Source: an uncultured delta proteobacterium (GTDB lineage Bacteria > Desulfobacterota > Binatia > JACPRU01). Taken from it: a stretch of 64,000 nt of DNA. The stretch spans positions 64,858 through 128,857 of the forward strand of contig CAVUWD010000018.1 of the NCBI GenBank assembly GCA_963745025.1, in the 5' to 3' direction. Below, piece after piece: positions 1 to 10,143 of the stretch (positions are counted from its first letter, which is position 1; every line of letters starts with the position of its first letter). A program made the position numbers and the translations under genes. The notes beneath the pieces were generated by a model. The model did not search any database, was not told where the DNA came from, and saw only the letters and a list, made by a program, of their open reading frames with translations.

Positions 1-148
1 CTTCGATGCGCCTGACGCAACAGGGTTCTTCGCCATGAGGGGGCGTGCTCTCCTGGCTGGAGCCAGCCCACTTCCGTTTTGCTTCGCGTTGGTCTTAGGT
101 CATCGCTGCCCCGAGAGGAGCCCGCGCCATGCTCGAGACCCGGCCCGC

Positions 149-277
149 GACCACGTCGAGGCGATGGCGCGCTACGCGGGACAGTCGGCGGGCGCCGTCG
201 AGGACGTGACTCCTGCCGCCGACGTGGCGCGCGAGATCGCCGAGGGCGCCGTGAGATTGCTTCGTGCCGGGTCCTGA
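149..277 (+). pseudogene. C-terminal fragment resembling nitronate monooxygenase
   Basis: HVEAMARYAGQSAGAVEDVTPAADVAREIAE matches the typical NMO C-terminus (xAGQSxGLVxDIxPAxEI); the upstream frame does not look like NMO. Confidence 0.5.
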
Positions 278-695
278 GCCACGCGGATCGACGGCCGTGA
301 TCGCTCTTCTCTGGTCGAGCGCGGCGGTGACGATCCTCTATTGGGTGGTGTTCTTCACCGGGGGAGAGGTGCAGTCGAGCGAAGCGGAATGCTATCTCGT
401 CTTCGAGCGCGCGTTCCCGGCCGCCGATCTCTGGCTCGCGGCGACGTCGATCGCCGCGGCCGAAGGGCTTCGACGGCGGCGCGAGTGGGCGGTCCTCTTC
501 GGCATCGCCGCCGGCAGCGCGGCCATCTATCTCGGCTGCATGGACGTTCTCTACAACCTAGAGAACGGCACGTACGCCCGCTGGAGCGGGCCGGTTGCGG
601 GCGAGGCGGTCATCAACCTCTTTTGCTTCACCTTCGGTCCCTTCCTCCTCTGGTACTTCTGGAAGAACCGCCGCTTTGCGGGGAGCGTCGCGTGA
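264..695 (+). CDS. Hypothetical membrane protein (~4 TM); start may be GTG 297
   Basis: Hydrophobic segments; stop overlaps the next start (GTGA 692-695). Confidence 0.7.
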   Translation: MPGPEPRGSTAVIALLWSSAAVTILYWVVFFTGGEVQSSEAECYLVFERAFPAADLWLAATSIAAAEGLRRRREWAVLFGIAAGSAAIYLGCMDVLYNLENGTYARWSGPVAGEAVINLFCFTFGPFLLWYFWKNRRFAGSVA

Positions 696-1270
696 GCGAT
701 CGGCGCCGCTGCCCCTGGGGCGAATCGCATCCGCTCTACGTCCCCTACCACGACCGGGAGTGGGGAAAGCCGCTCCACGACGACCACCGGTTCTTCGAGC
801 TCCTCGTTCTCGAGGGTGCGCAGGCCGGCCTTTCCTGGCTGACGATCCTCAAGAAGCGAGACGCGTACCGCAAGGCGTTCGACGGGTTCGATCCGCGCAA
901 GGTCGCGCGCTACGACGCGAAGAAGGTGGCGCGGCTGCTCGCCGACGACGGCATCATTCGCAACCGTCTGAAGATCGAGGCGGCGATCACCAACGCCCAC
1001 GCCTTTCTCGCCGTGCAGCGCGAGTTTGGCAGCTTCGACGCGTACGTCTGGCGGTTCGTCGGCGGCAAGCCCATTCACAACCGCCGGCGGAGCGTGAAGG
1101 AGGTGCCGGCGCGCTCGGCGGAGTCGGACGCGATGAGCGAGGAACTGCGGAGGAGGGGATTCCGTTTCGTCGGCTCGACGATCTGCTACGCGTTCATGCA
1201 GGCGGCGGGCATGGTCAACGACCACCTGGTCACCTGCTTTCGGCACCGCGAGGTCCGCGGCGACGGGTGA
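692..1270 (+). CDS. tag: DNA-3-methyladenine glycosylase I
   Basis: RCPWG..YHDREWG, LEGAQAGLSWLTILKKR, GIIRNRLKI, GMVNDHLVTC. Confidence 0.95.
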   Translation: MSDRRRCPWGESHPLYVPYHDREWGKPLHDDHRFFELLVLEGAQAGLSWLTILKKRDAYRKAFDGFDPRKVARYDAKKVARLLADDGIIRNRLKIEAAITNAHAFLAVQREFGSFDAYVWRFVGGKPIHNRRRSVKEVPARSAESDAMSEELRRRGFRFVGSTICYAFMQAAGMVNDHLVTCFRHREVRGDG

Positions 1271-1321
1271 GCTTCGTGCCGTGTTCTCGTCGAGGAAACG
1301 GTGGGCGGCTCAGCGCGCGGC

Positions 1322-1972
1322 TCAACGACCGCCGCTCGTCGCGAGCAGAAGCTGCGCGACGTAGTAGAGGGGAAGCCCCCAGGCGCGATTGACGAAGCTC
1401 GCGGCCACGAACCGGTCGCGGGCAACCGAGAGATCGGAGAGAAAGAAGGCGAGCGCTCCGGCGGGAATCATCAGGGCCGGTCGCGCGCCGGCCGTTCCGA
1501 TCGCGCAGGCGACCATCAGCGACATCACGCCGACGTACGCGGTGACCGGCCGGCGCATGCCGGCCGGCAGGTGAGGACGCAGCCACGAGAGCGTGATCGA
1601 CGCGAGCGCGGCGACGACGACGAGCGCGACGATCGCGAAACCCGCGTCGATGCCGCGGATCAGGAACGCCAATGAGAACGCGAGATGGCCGCCGAGGAAG
1701 CTCAGCACGCCGACGCGGAAAGCGCGCGCGTCGTCGGGGATGAGGAGAACGTCCCCCAACCCGCACAGGCAAAGGGCAAGAACGATGACGCGGCCGTACG
1801 CGTCATGGAGTGCGCCGGCCGCCACGGCGGTCGCGAGAAACCCGCTCGACGCGAGCGGCTTCCAGATCCAGACGCCGCGCCGCGAGCCGCGATGCTCCGC
1901 GACCAGCAGCCCCGCGACGGCGAGCAGGGTGAGGGCGGCCGATCCCCCCATTCCCGTCACAGCCGCAGACAC
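1322..1972 (-). CDS. Lysoplasmalogenase/YhhN family membrane protein
   Basis: WKPLASS, LGDVLL, SFLGGHLAF, FFLSDLSVARDRF, LPLYYVAQ. Confidence 0.9.
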   Translation of the reverse strand: MSAAVTGMGGSAALTLLAVAGLLVAEHRGSRRGVWIWKPLASSGFLATAVAAGALHDAYGRVIVLALCLCGLGDVLLIPDDARAFRVGVLSFLGGHLAFSLAFLIRGIDAGFAIVALVVVAALASITLSWLRPHLPAGMRRPVTAYVGVMSLMVACAIGTAGARPALMIPAGALAFFLSDLSVARDRFVAASFVNRAWGLPLYYVAQLLLATSGGR

Positions 1973-2721
1973 GCCTCGGCGGCGGCCCAGAACAGGCGAT
2001 CGCGCGCCTCGGCGAGCTTCACCCAGTCGCGGTGGTCGTGATCCTCGCCGCCGACGTCGTCGCCCGCGTACACCACCTGGCCGATCGTCACGCCGCGAAA
2101 GCGAGCCACCGCGAAGAAGGCGGCCGCCTCCATCTCGACGACGAGACAGCCTTCCTCGCGCCGCAGGCGAACCTTGTCGCGCGTTTCGCGGAAGATCGCG
2201 TCGGTGGTCCAGCTCCGGCCGACGAGATAGGGCTCGCCGCGCGCGCGGAGCACACCTTCGAGCGCGGCGGTCGCGGCGGGCGACGCCTCGACGGTCCGGC
2301 TCGGCGGCAGATAATGATAGGAGGTTCCCTCGTCGCGAACCGCGCTCGACAGCACGACCGTGTGGCCGGCGATGATCGACGAGTCGAGCACGCCGGCCCC
2401 GCCGCAGACGATGAACTTACGGCAGCCGCGGGCGATCACGCTTTCGAAGAGCGCCGCCGCAAGCGGCGCTCCCACGCCGGGGTGGACGAGCGCCAGCCGG
2501 CGCCCGTCGACCGTGATCTCGTAGAGCGCGTGCCTGCCGATCTCGGTGGGGATCGACTTCACGAGTCGAAGCCGGCTTTCGGCGGCTAGCCGGTCGATCA
2601 CCTCTTTGAAGAACGTGATCACGCAGTGCTCGGCGACGTCGATGGCGCGATTGTAGCGCGATGGCTCGAGCACGGCGGATGCCGAGGCATCGAACTCGAG
2701 GATCGGGAATTCCCGCTTCAC
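1957..2721 (-). CDS. Nucleoside phosphorylase (PNP/UDP family)
   Basis: GVGAPLAA, AVRDEGTSYHY, WTTDAIFRET, VEMEAAA. Confidence 0.9.
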   Translation of the reverse strand: MKREFPILEFDASASAVLEPSRYNRAIDVAEHCVITFFKEVIDRLAAESRLRLVKSIPTEIGRHALYEITVDGRRLALVHPGVGAPLAAALFESVIARGCRKFIVCGGAGVLDSSIIAGHTVVLSSAVRDEGTSYHYLPPSRTVEASPAATAALEGVLRARGEPYLVGRSWTTDAIFRETRDKVRLRREEGCLVVEMEAAAFFAVARFRGVTIGQVVYAGDDVGGEDHDHRDWVKLAEARDRLFWAAAEACLRL

Positions 2722-3107
2722 TCGATCCGCACGCGGGCGAGCGCCTTCACGTTCGTGCAGCGATCGACGGCGCCGACGTTACACTCTTCGAGGTCGGGGA
2801 TGAGGAAGCGAACGGGACCGCCCTTGTCGACCGGCAGCGGCCGGTCGCCGAGGCGGTAGACGAGGACGGCCGACTCGAGAGCGGCGAGCGGCGCTTGCTG
2901 CGAGAACTTGCCGTCCGCCGACTCGAGCGTCACGCGCGTCGCTGCGGCCGAGACGCCGACCGCGTCGAGCAGCGATCGCAAGGCGACGGCGCCGCCCTCG
3001 CGGCCGGGGACGAGCGAGGCGACGTCGGCGACCTGCCTGGGAAGCGCAGCGAGATCCGCGAAGCCGAATTCGCGGGGTGTTCGAACCTGACCCTCGATGC
3101 GAACCAT
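2718..3107 (-). CDS. Small molybdopterin-dependent oxidoreductase-like domain protein
   Basis: IEGQV..FADLAALP, LVYRLGDRPLPVDKGGPVRFLIP, NVKAL. Confidence 0.7.
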   Translation of the reverse strand: MVRIEGQVRTPREFGFADLAALPRQVADVASLVPGREGGAVALRSLLDAVGVSAAATRVTLESADGKFSQQAPLAALESAVLVYRLGDRPLPVDKGGPVRFLIPDLEECNVGAVDRCTNVKALARVRIE

Positions 3108-3288
3108 CTCGCCCTCGACACTCTAGACGCGGTCCGCAGACGATGAGCGATTCACCCGTTCGAAGAGCTTGGTCATCGGCAATTTCTAGAGAATCGGGCG
3201 AGCCTTGGGAATAGTCCGAGGGAACTCTGGAGCGGAGGGCAGGGTTCCGCTAGGAGGCAGGCCCAGCTTTCGGGGATGGGAGGATAGG

Positions 3289-4929
3289 ATGGAGTTTCGG
3301 AGAGTTCCGGTGGCCCTCGGTGCGGCGCTTCTACTCACGGCCGCCTCCATCGGCGCGGACCAAACGCCGCCGCCGGTCAAGCCGGCCACGCTGTTTCCCG
3401 GGCTCGGCCACCATCACCATCCGATCAAGACACGCAGCCGCGAGGCGCAGAAGTTCTTCGACCAGGGTCTGACGCTCGTCTACGGCTTCAACCACGACGA
3501 GGCGATTCGCTCGTTTCGGCGCGCCGCCGAGATCGATCCCGACGCCGCCATGCCGCTCTGGGGGATCGCCTACGCGCTCGGACCGAACATCAATCTAGAC
3601 GTCGACCCCGAGCGCGAGAAGGCGGCCTTCGAGGCCACCGCGAAGGCGTTGAAGCTCGCCAAGAGCGCTCCCGAGAACGAGCGCGCTTACGTCGAGGCCC
3701 TCGCCCAGCGCTATTCCGACGATCCGCAGGCCGATCTCAAGAAGCTCGCCGCGGACTTCGCCGAGGCCATGCGCGCGCTCTCGGCGCGCTACCCCGACGA
3801 CCTCGATGCGGCGACGCTCTACGCCGAGAGCCTGATGGACCTCGATCCGTGGAAGCTCTGGAGCGCCGACGGCACGCCGGCCGAGCACACGCAGGAGATC
3901 GTCGCCGTCCTCGAATCCGTGCTGCGGCGGAACCCGAATCACGTCGGCGCGAATCACTACTACATCCACGCGGTGGAGGCGTCGCCCCATCCGGAGCGCG
4001 CGCTGCCGTCGGCCGAACGTCTCCCGAAGCTCGTGCCGAGCGCCGGGCATCTCGTGCACATGCCGGCGCACATCTACATGCGCACCGGCGACTACGAGGC
4101 GTCGGCGCAGGCGAACGCGGATGCAGCCCGGGTCGACGAAGCCTACATCAAGGCGAACGACGTCCGCGGGGTCTACCCGGTCATGTACTACAACCACAAT
4201 CTGGATTTCCTCGCCGCGGCCGCATCGATGGCGGGTCGTTACGGCGACGCGAAGCGGGCTTCGCTGAAAGCCGCGGCCAATGCCGCCGCCGTGGTGAAGG
4301 ACATGCCGATGGCCGAGTTCCTGGTGCCGCGGCCATTTTTGGTCGACGTGCGGTTTCAGCGTTGGCAGGCGGTGTTGCAGGCTCCCGAGCCGCCCGAAAG
4401 CATGCCGACGACACGCGCCGTCTGGCACTACGCCCGGGGCGTAGCGCTTGCTGCCAAAGGTGATGTCGCGGGCGCCGAAGAGGAGCGATGGAGCCTCGAG
4501 GACGAGGTGATGAAAGTCCCGAATGACGCGATCTGGGGGTTGAATCAGACCAAGGCGGTGCTCGCTATTGCTCGGTCTTCGCTCGACGCGCGCATTGACG
4601 CCGCCAAGAAGGACAGCCGAGCGGCGATTTCCGCTTGGAGGGTAGCGGTGGCTGTCCAGGACAGCCTCGCCTACGACGAGCCGCCGCCGTGGTACTACCC
4701 GGTGCGCGAGTCGCTCGGCGCGGCGCTCTTCCTGGATGGGCAGAAGGAGGAGGCGGAAAAGACGTTCCGCGAGGACTTGGATCGCAATCCGCGCAATCCG
4801 CGCTCGCTCTTCGGCCTGTGGGAGTGCCTCAAGGCTCAGAAGAAGACGGCCGACGCGGAGTGGATCCGCAACGCCTTTCAGGACGCGTGGAAGAGCTCCG
4901 AGGTCGACGTTCGGATGGAGGATCTCTAG
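3289..4929 (+). CDS. Secreted TPR-repeat protein
   Basis: Signal peptide; AQKFFDQGL..YGFNHDEAIRSF, HYYIHAVE, HLVHMPAHIY, YDEPPPWYYPVR. Confidence 0.85.
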   Translation: MEFRRVPVALGAALLLTAASIGADQTPPPVKPATLFPGLGHHHHPIKTRSREAQKFFDQGLTLVYGFNHDEAIRSFRRAAEIDPDAAMPLWGIAYALGPNINLDVDPEREKAAFEATAKALKLAKSAPENERAYVEALAQRYSDDPQADLKKLAADFAEAMRALSARYPDDLDAATLYAESLMDLDPWKLWSADGTPAEHTQEIVAVLESVLRRNPNHVGANHYYIHAVEASPHPERALPSAERLPKLVPSAGHLVHMPAHIYMRTGDYEASAQANADAARVDEAYIKANDVRGVYPVMYYNHNLDFLAAAASMAGRYGDAKRASLKAAANAAAVVKDMPMAEFLVPRPFLVDVRFQRWQAVLQAPEPPESMPTTRAVWHYARGVALAAKGDVAGAEEERWSLEDEVMKVPNDAIWGLNQTKAVLAIARSSLDARIDAAKKDSRAAISAWRVAVAVQDSLAYDEPPPWYYPVRESLGAALFLDGQKEEAEKTFREDLDRNPRNPRSLFGLWECLKAQKKTADAEWIRNAFQDAWKSSEVDVRMEDL

Positions 4930-4932
4930 CGG

Positions 4933-5679
4933 CTAGGCCAGGCCGATCCGCATGCCGGCGATCGTCACCTGGTCCTCGCCGATCGTGGCGCCGCGCTCGC
5001 GTGCCGATCGCACGAGCGCGCGGCGGTCGTTCGCGTGGATGTCGAAGCCGGCGAGACCCTCACCGCGACCGTCCGTGTCCTCGACGAAGCGAAGCCGGCT
5101 GCGTTCGAGAGGGATCTCGAATCGGCCAGCGGAGATCTCGCGTGCGGGGCGGTCGAGAATCTCCCCCCACCGGCGGGCGAGCCCACCGGGATCGCCAGAC
5201 TGGAGCTCCGCCGCGGTGATCGCCTCGACGACGTCGCGCCGCACGTGACGCTTCCACTCGGGCCCGGCCCAGTGCCACGACTCGGGCGGTGTCGCGTCAT
5301 CGAGCGAGAGCAGCGTGCCGCCGGTGTCCTTCGGATGGAGATGCGTGCCGCGGATCGCCGCCAGATCGGCCTTCCACACCGTGCGCACGCCGATCGACCT
5401 GAGGCGCTCGCGGTCGCGATCGAGATCGTCACACTGGATGATCAACATGTAGCCGCCGTCACCCCGTCGCCGCTCGAGGTAGCGATTGGCCGTCGCATTG
5501 GGGTCGACCGGCGAGACGACTTCGAGGAACGTGTCGCCGAGCGGCATGACGGCGTTTCGCAGCCCGAACTCTCGAACCGACGGATCGTTGAACGCCACCT
5601 CGATGCCGAGAACGGCCGTCAAATCGCTGACGAGCTTTTCGAGATCCCGCGCGACGACGACGACTTGTCGGATTCTCAC
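4933..5679 (-). CDS. VOC/glyoxalase-like family protein
   Basis: VRIRQVVVVARDL, FGLRNAVMPLGDTFLEVVSP, GDGGYM, HLHPKDTGG; GTG start overlaps the upstream stop. Confidence 0.85.
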   Translation of the reverse strand: MRIRQVVVVARDLEKLVSDLTAVLGIEVAFNDPSVREFGLRNAVMPLGDTFLEVVSPVDPNATANRYLERRRGDGGYMLIIQCDDLDRDRERLRSIGVRTVWKADLAAIRGTHLHPKDTGGTLLSLDDATPPESWHWAGPEWKRHVRRDVVEAITAAELQSGDPGGLARRWGEILDRPAREISAGRFEIPLERSRLRFVEDTDGRGEGLAGFDIHANDRRALVRSARERGATIGEDQVTIAGMRIGLA

Positions 5680-6851
5680 GGCGAGCCTCCTTGCGGGCGA
5701 TCGGCGAGCCCTTCTCGGCGCAGGTATCCGAAAACCAGGTTCGCCATCAACTGCTGGCCCTCGCGATCGTAGTGCCGATCGCACGCGAAGCTGAGAAACG
5801 GATAGGCGAGATGGTGCTCGGCGATGTACGCCTGCGTCTCCGGATACATGTCGTAGTAGCGGATGCCGAGCTTGCGGCAGATTCCTCCGAGCCGTTCGTT
5901 CGGATGAGTGGGCGACAGCGCCGTGCGTTCGCGGAGCGAGGCGAGCCGGATCCAGTTCGGGTCGAGCTGGTAGGGATCGGCGACGTCCACGACGACGAGC
6001 GTCGCTCCCTGACCGCGCGTGATATCGAGCAGGCGGCGAAGCGACGTCTCGACGATGGCCCACGCATGCCGCATCTCGTCGTCCTCGATCGGCAGATACG
6101 GGCGCGCCAGCTCGTGGCGAAAGTCCCAGCGCAGGTGGAGCGCGATTTGCAGCCGCTGAAGGAACGTCCGTTGGGTGGAGGCGAGAAAGCGAATCAAGCA
6201 CCAGCCGCCGGCCGGCGGGGTCGGTGACTCCGTAATCCGCTGCTGCCGCACGGTAGCGGCGACCTCGCGAACGTCGCGAACGCGTGGATAGACGAGATTC
6301 AGGTTGTGATCGATGAGCTTTTCCTTTCCAGGATTGAGAAGGTCTTCGAGGTCGTTGTAGTTGAGGAAGAACAGCAGCACGACTTCGGGATCGAAGAACT
6401 TCGCGAAATCGTCATAGAGCACGAGCTCATCGATCGTCGAGAAGAATCCGGAAACGCCGAAGTTGAGCACCTGGTATTCCGACCCGAGCAGGCGCTCGAG
6501 CGAGTGCGCGGCGGTCGCCTCGTTGTCGTGGCCGAATCCCTCGATGAACGAATCACCGAGGAGCGCGATCCGCCTCGCTCCGGTTCGGACCGGGTCGCCC
6601 TTCATGCCGAGCTCGTTCGTGGTGTAGTGAGCCGTGAAGCACGGCTTGCGGTGCTCCACCTCGTTGTTCGGGAAATGCCAGGTCCCCCAGTAGGGGTTCG
6701 GGCTGAGGAACGGCTTGCTCTGGTACTCGTAGGACGCGGCCGAAGAGTCGCACCACGAGAGCCGCAGCGCCACCTCGGCCCCCGCGAGGGCGACGACGAC
6801 TCCCGCCGCTGCCAAGCCGAGCCTCGCCGCGGCCCGGCCGAGCCTCGTCAT
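5676..6851 (-). CDS. SGNH/GDSL hydrolase family protein with N-terminal anchor
   Basis: IALLGDSFIEG, VLNFGVSG, YNDL, DRHY. Confidence 0.85.
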   Translation of the reverse strand: MTRLGRAAARLGLAAAGVVVALAGAEVALRLSWCDSSAASYEYQSKPFLSPNPYWGTWHFPNNEVEHRKPCFTAHYTTNELGMKGDPVRTGARRIALLGDSFIEGFGHDNEATAAHSLERLLGSEYQVLNFGVSGFFSTIDELVLYDDFAKFFDPEVVLLFFLNYNDLEDLLNPGKEKLIDHNLNLVYPRVRDVREVAATVRQQRITESPTPPAGGWCLIRFLASTQRTFLQRLQIALHLRWDFRHELARPYLPIEDDEMRHAWAIVETSLRRLLDITRGQGATLVVVDVADPYQLDPNWIRLASLRERTALSPTHPNERLGGICRKLGIRYYDMYPETQAYIAEHHLAYPFLSFACDRHYDREGQQLMANLVFGYLRREGLADRPQGGSP

Positions 6852-8002
6852 CCGCCGAGTCCGAGACGCCGCGCGATGATCACCTTCATGATCTCGTTCG
6901 AGCCGGCGTAGATCGACTGCACGGCTGCATCGGCGTAGTCGCCGGCGATCGCGTATTCCATCATGAAGCCGTAGCCGCCGTGGAGCTGCAGGCACTGACT
7001 GGTGAGGCGCTTCTGGAGCTCCGTCATCCACCACTTCGCCATGCTCACCTCGGTGACGATGTCCTCGCCGCGTACGTGCGCCGCGAGCAGCTTGTCGACG
7101 AAGGACTGGCCGATTTCCGTTTCCGTGGCGAGCTCGGCGAGCTTGAACTGGGTATTCTGAAACTGCGCGATCGGTTTTCCGAAGGCCTGCCGCTCGCTCA
7201 CGTATTTCATGGTGTCCTCGAGCGAGCGCCGTGAGGAAGCGATCGACCCGACTGCGACCACCAAACGCTCCTGCTGCAGCTTCTGCATCAGCTGCTTGAA
7301 GCCGAGCCCCTCCGCGGGTCCGAGCAGGTTCGAGGCGGGTACGCGGCAGTCCTCGAAGAAGAGCTCGCTCGTGTCCTGCCCGCGCAGGCCGAGCTTGTCG
7401 AGCTTGCGGCCACGCACGAAGCCCGGTCTGTCGGCCTCGACGAGAATCAAGCTGATGCCTCTGTACGGCGGGTTGGCCTTGGGGTCGGTCTTGGCGACGA
7501 CGATGAACAGATCGCCGATCTGACCGTTGGAAATGAACATCTTCGAGCCGTTCAGCACGTAGTGATCGCCGTCACGCCGCGCCGCGGTCTGGATGGCCGA
7601 CAGATCCGAACCAGCTCCCGGCTCGGTCATGGCGATGCCGAGGATGACTTCACCGCGGATCGCGCCCGGCACCCATTTCCGTTTCTGCGCTTCGGACCCG
7701 AAGCTCGCGATGTACGGTAGACAGATGTCGGAATGCAACGACAGCGCGAGCGCGTGTGCGCGAACGCGAGCGAGCTCCTCGATGAGGATCGCGTCGTAGA
7801 GAAAGTCCCCGCCCGCGCCACCGTATTCGACCGGCTGGTTGGTCCCGAGCAGCCCTTCCTCCCCGAGCCGCCTCCAGATCTCCCGATCCGTCATCCCCCG
7901 CTCGTTCCACTCGGGGACTTTGGGCTCGACTTCCCTCTCGACGAACCGGCGCACCTGGCTGCGGAAGAGATCGTGCTCCTCACCGAAGATCTCTCGCCTC
8001 AT
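6848..8002 (-). CDS. Acyl-CoA dehydrogenase (long-chain type)
   Basis: IAMTEPGAGSDL, NGSKMFISNG, QDTSELFF, CLQLHGGYG, IYAGSNEIMK. Confidence 0.95.
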   Translation of the reverse strand: MRREIFGEEHDLFRSQVRRFVEREVEPKVPEWNERGMTDREIWRRLGEEGLLGTNQPVEYGGAGGDFLYDAILIEELARVRAHALALSLHSDICLPYIASFGSEAQKRKWVPGAIRGEVILGIAMTEPGAGSDLSAIQTAARRDGDHYVLNGSKMFISNGQIGDLFIVVAKTDPKANPPYRGISLILVEADRPGFVRGRKLDKLGLRGQDTSELFFEDCRVPASNLLGPAEGLGFKQLMQKLQQERLVVAVGSIASSRRSLEDTMKYVSERQAFGKPIAQFQNTQFKLAELATETEIGQSFVDKLLAAHVRGEDIVTEVSMAKWWMTELQKRLTSQCLQLHGGYGFMMEYAIAGDYADAAVQSIYAGSNEIMKVIIARRLGLGG

Positions 8003-8102
8003 AACCCTCTCATCCCTTGCAGGGTGGTTCGAACTCCCGCCATAAGGGTGCAAAGGCTCCCATGGTCGCTGGGCGCTGTCAATTTGCGATGGTCAGGAGA
8101 TC

Positions 8103-9521
8103 GTGAGCGACGAGCGGTCGTTCGACCTGGTGGTGATCGGCTCCGGACCCGCCGGCGAGAAGGGCGCGGCGCAGGCGGCCTATTTCGGCAAGCGCGTCGC
8201 CGTGGTCGAACGCCAGCCCGCCTTCGGCGGCGCAGCCGCGAACACCGGCACGCTGCCGTCGAAGACGCTGCGCGAGACCTCGCTGACGCTTTCGGGCTTT
8301 CGCAATCGCGGTCTCTACGGGGTCGACCTGTCGCTGCGCCGCCAGGCGACGGTCCGCGACCTGATGCGGCGCGAGGCGGTGATGGTTGCGACCGAGCGCG
8401 AGCGCATTCGCAAGAACCTCGAGCGCCATCAAGTCGAGGTCTTTCGCGGCGAGGCCTCGTTCGTCGATGCTCACACCGTGCGGGTGTCGCGCCCGAGCGA
8501 TGCGCCAATCGACCTTCACGCCGAAATCGTGCTGATCGCCACGGGCTCGAGCCCGCGTCGAGTGAGCCTCTTCCCCTTCGACGATCCTCGGGTCTTCGAC
8601 TCGGACGAGATCCTCAAGCTCGAGCGCGTACCGCGCTCGCTCGCGGTGGTCGGCGGCGGAGTGATCGGCGCGGAGTACGCCTCGACGTTCGCGGCGCTCG
8701 GGGTGGACGTCACGCTGATCGAGAGCCGCGACCGGCTGCTGCCGTTTCTCGACGGCGAGATCGCGGCGGCCCTGAAGCGGGGCATGGAGAACCTCGGCAT
8801 CCAATTCCGCATGCCGAGGAGCGTGGCCGGTTGTGACCCCGGCGCGGATTCGGTGACGTTGCGGCTCGAAGGCGGGGAGACGGTGGACGCCGACGCGGTC
8901 CTGGTGTCCGCGGGGCGCGTCAGCAATACGGCGTCGCTGAATCTCGAGGCGGCGGGAATCCGCTGCGGGGCGTATGGTCTCCTCGAAGTGGACGAACACT
9001 TCCGCACGTCGGCGCCGAGCGTCTACGCGGCGGGTGACGTCATCGGCTTTCCCGCGCTGGCGTCGACGTCGATGGAACAAGCGCGATTGGCGATGGTCCA
9101 CGCCTTCGACCTCGGGTACAAGAAGGCCCTGGCGGTGGTCTTGCCCTACGGCATCTACACGATTCCGGAAGTGTCGATGGCCGGGGACACCGAAGAATCG
9201 CTGGCAGGAAAGGGGATCGACTACGTGGTCGGCCGCGCGACCTACCAGCAGAATGCGCGCGGGCAGATCATCGGCGACCCCGAGGGCATGCTGAAGCTCT
9301 TGTTCGCGCAGAAGGACATGAGGCTCCTCGGCGTGCACGTGATCGGCGAGCAAGCTACGGAGCTCGTCCACGTCGGGCTCACGGTGATCCTCGCCGGCGC
9401 CGGCAACGATCTCTTCATCCAAACGTGCTACAATTATCCAACGCTCACCGAGATGTACAAATACGCCACCTACGATGCGATGGGGAAGCAAGACGCGGCC
9501 GCCGCGCTGAGCCGCGCCTGA
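8103..9521 (+). CDS. sthA: Soluble pyridine nucleotide transhydrogenase
   Basis: GSGPAGEKGA, NTGTLPSKTLRE, GFPALASTSMEQAR, GIYTIPEVS, YNYPTL. Confidence 0.92.
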   Translation: MSDERSFDLVVIGSGPAGEKGAAQAAYFGKRVAVVERQPAFGGAAANTGTLPSKTLRETSLTLSGFRNRGLYGVDLSLRRQATVRDLMRREAVMVATERERIRKNLERHQVEVFRGEASFVDAHTVRVSRPSDAPIDLHAEIVLIATGSSPRRVSLFPFDDPRVFDSDEILKLERVPRSLAVVGGGVIGAEYASTFAALGVDVTLIESRDRLLPFLDGEIAAALKRGMENLGIQFRMPRSVAGCDPGADSVTLRLEGGETVDADAVLVSAGRVSNTASLNLEAAGIRCGAYGLLEVDEHFRTSAPSVYAAGDVIGFPALASTSMEQARLAMVHAFDLGYKKALAVVLPYGIYTIPEVSMAGDTEESLAGKGIDYVVGRATYQQNARGQIIGDPEGMLKLLFAQKDMRLLGVHVIGEQATELVHVGLTVILAGAGNDLFIQTCYNYPTLTEMYKYATYDAMGKQDAAAALSRA

Positions 9522-9545
9522 CGGAATTTCTTCGAGACCAGGCGA

Positions 9546-10109
9546 ATGGCACGACTGCCGTACGTGACGCCCGAGAAGGCCTCTTCTCCTGAAGTCAAAC
9601 AGACCTTCGCGCAGCTGCCGACGGTGCTGAACGTCTTCAAGATGATGGCGCACGCCGAGACTACGTTCCGCCCGCTCGTACGGCTCGGCAGCGCGATCCT
9701 CGCGCAGCAGAAGCTCTCGGCGAAGATCCGCGAGCTGGCGATCCTCCGGGTCGCCGGTCTATCCGGCTGCCGCTACGAGTGGGTGCAGCATCTCTCGCTC
9801 GCTATGCTGATGGGCGCCACGCGCCTGCAGGTCGACGCGATCGAGAAGGGGGAGATTCACGCATCGTGCTTCGACGAGAGCGAGCAGCTTGCGCTCGAGC
9901 TTGCGACGGAGCTCACGCACGGCGTGCGGGGCTCCGACACCACCTTCGCACGGCTGCGCGAGTGCTTCTCGCCGCAGGAGATCGTCGAGCTGGTGCTCGC
10001 GATCGGGTATTACATGATGATCGTGCGGTTGATCGAGACGACGGGTGTCGAGATCGAGCCCCCCTCGGAGCAGGTCGCCAAGCAGGCCCGCGACTGGCGG
10101 CCGAAGTAG
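9546..10109 (+). CDS. Carboxymuconolactone decarboxylase/AhpD-like protein
   Basis: MARLPY, NVFKMMAH, RELAILRV..CRYEWVQH, IVELVLAIGYY. Confidence 0.9.
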   Translation: MARLPYVTPEKASSPEVKQTFAQLPTVLNVFKMMAHAETTFRPLVRLGSAILAQQKLSAKIRELAILRVAGLSGCRYEWVQHLSLAMLMGATRLQVDAIEKGEIHASCFDESEQLALELATELTHGVRGSDTTFARLRECFSPQEIVELVLAIGYYMMIVRLIETTGVEIEPPSEQVAKQARDWRPK

Positions 10110-10143
10110 CGATTCCTACTCGGGACGACGAAGGCGTGCCGTT

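Noticed and set aside
8079-9653. Long antisense ORFs (also 49396-50553, 50369-51469 and others)
   Set aside because: Shadow frames expected in high-GC coding DNA; no recognisable motifs
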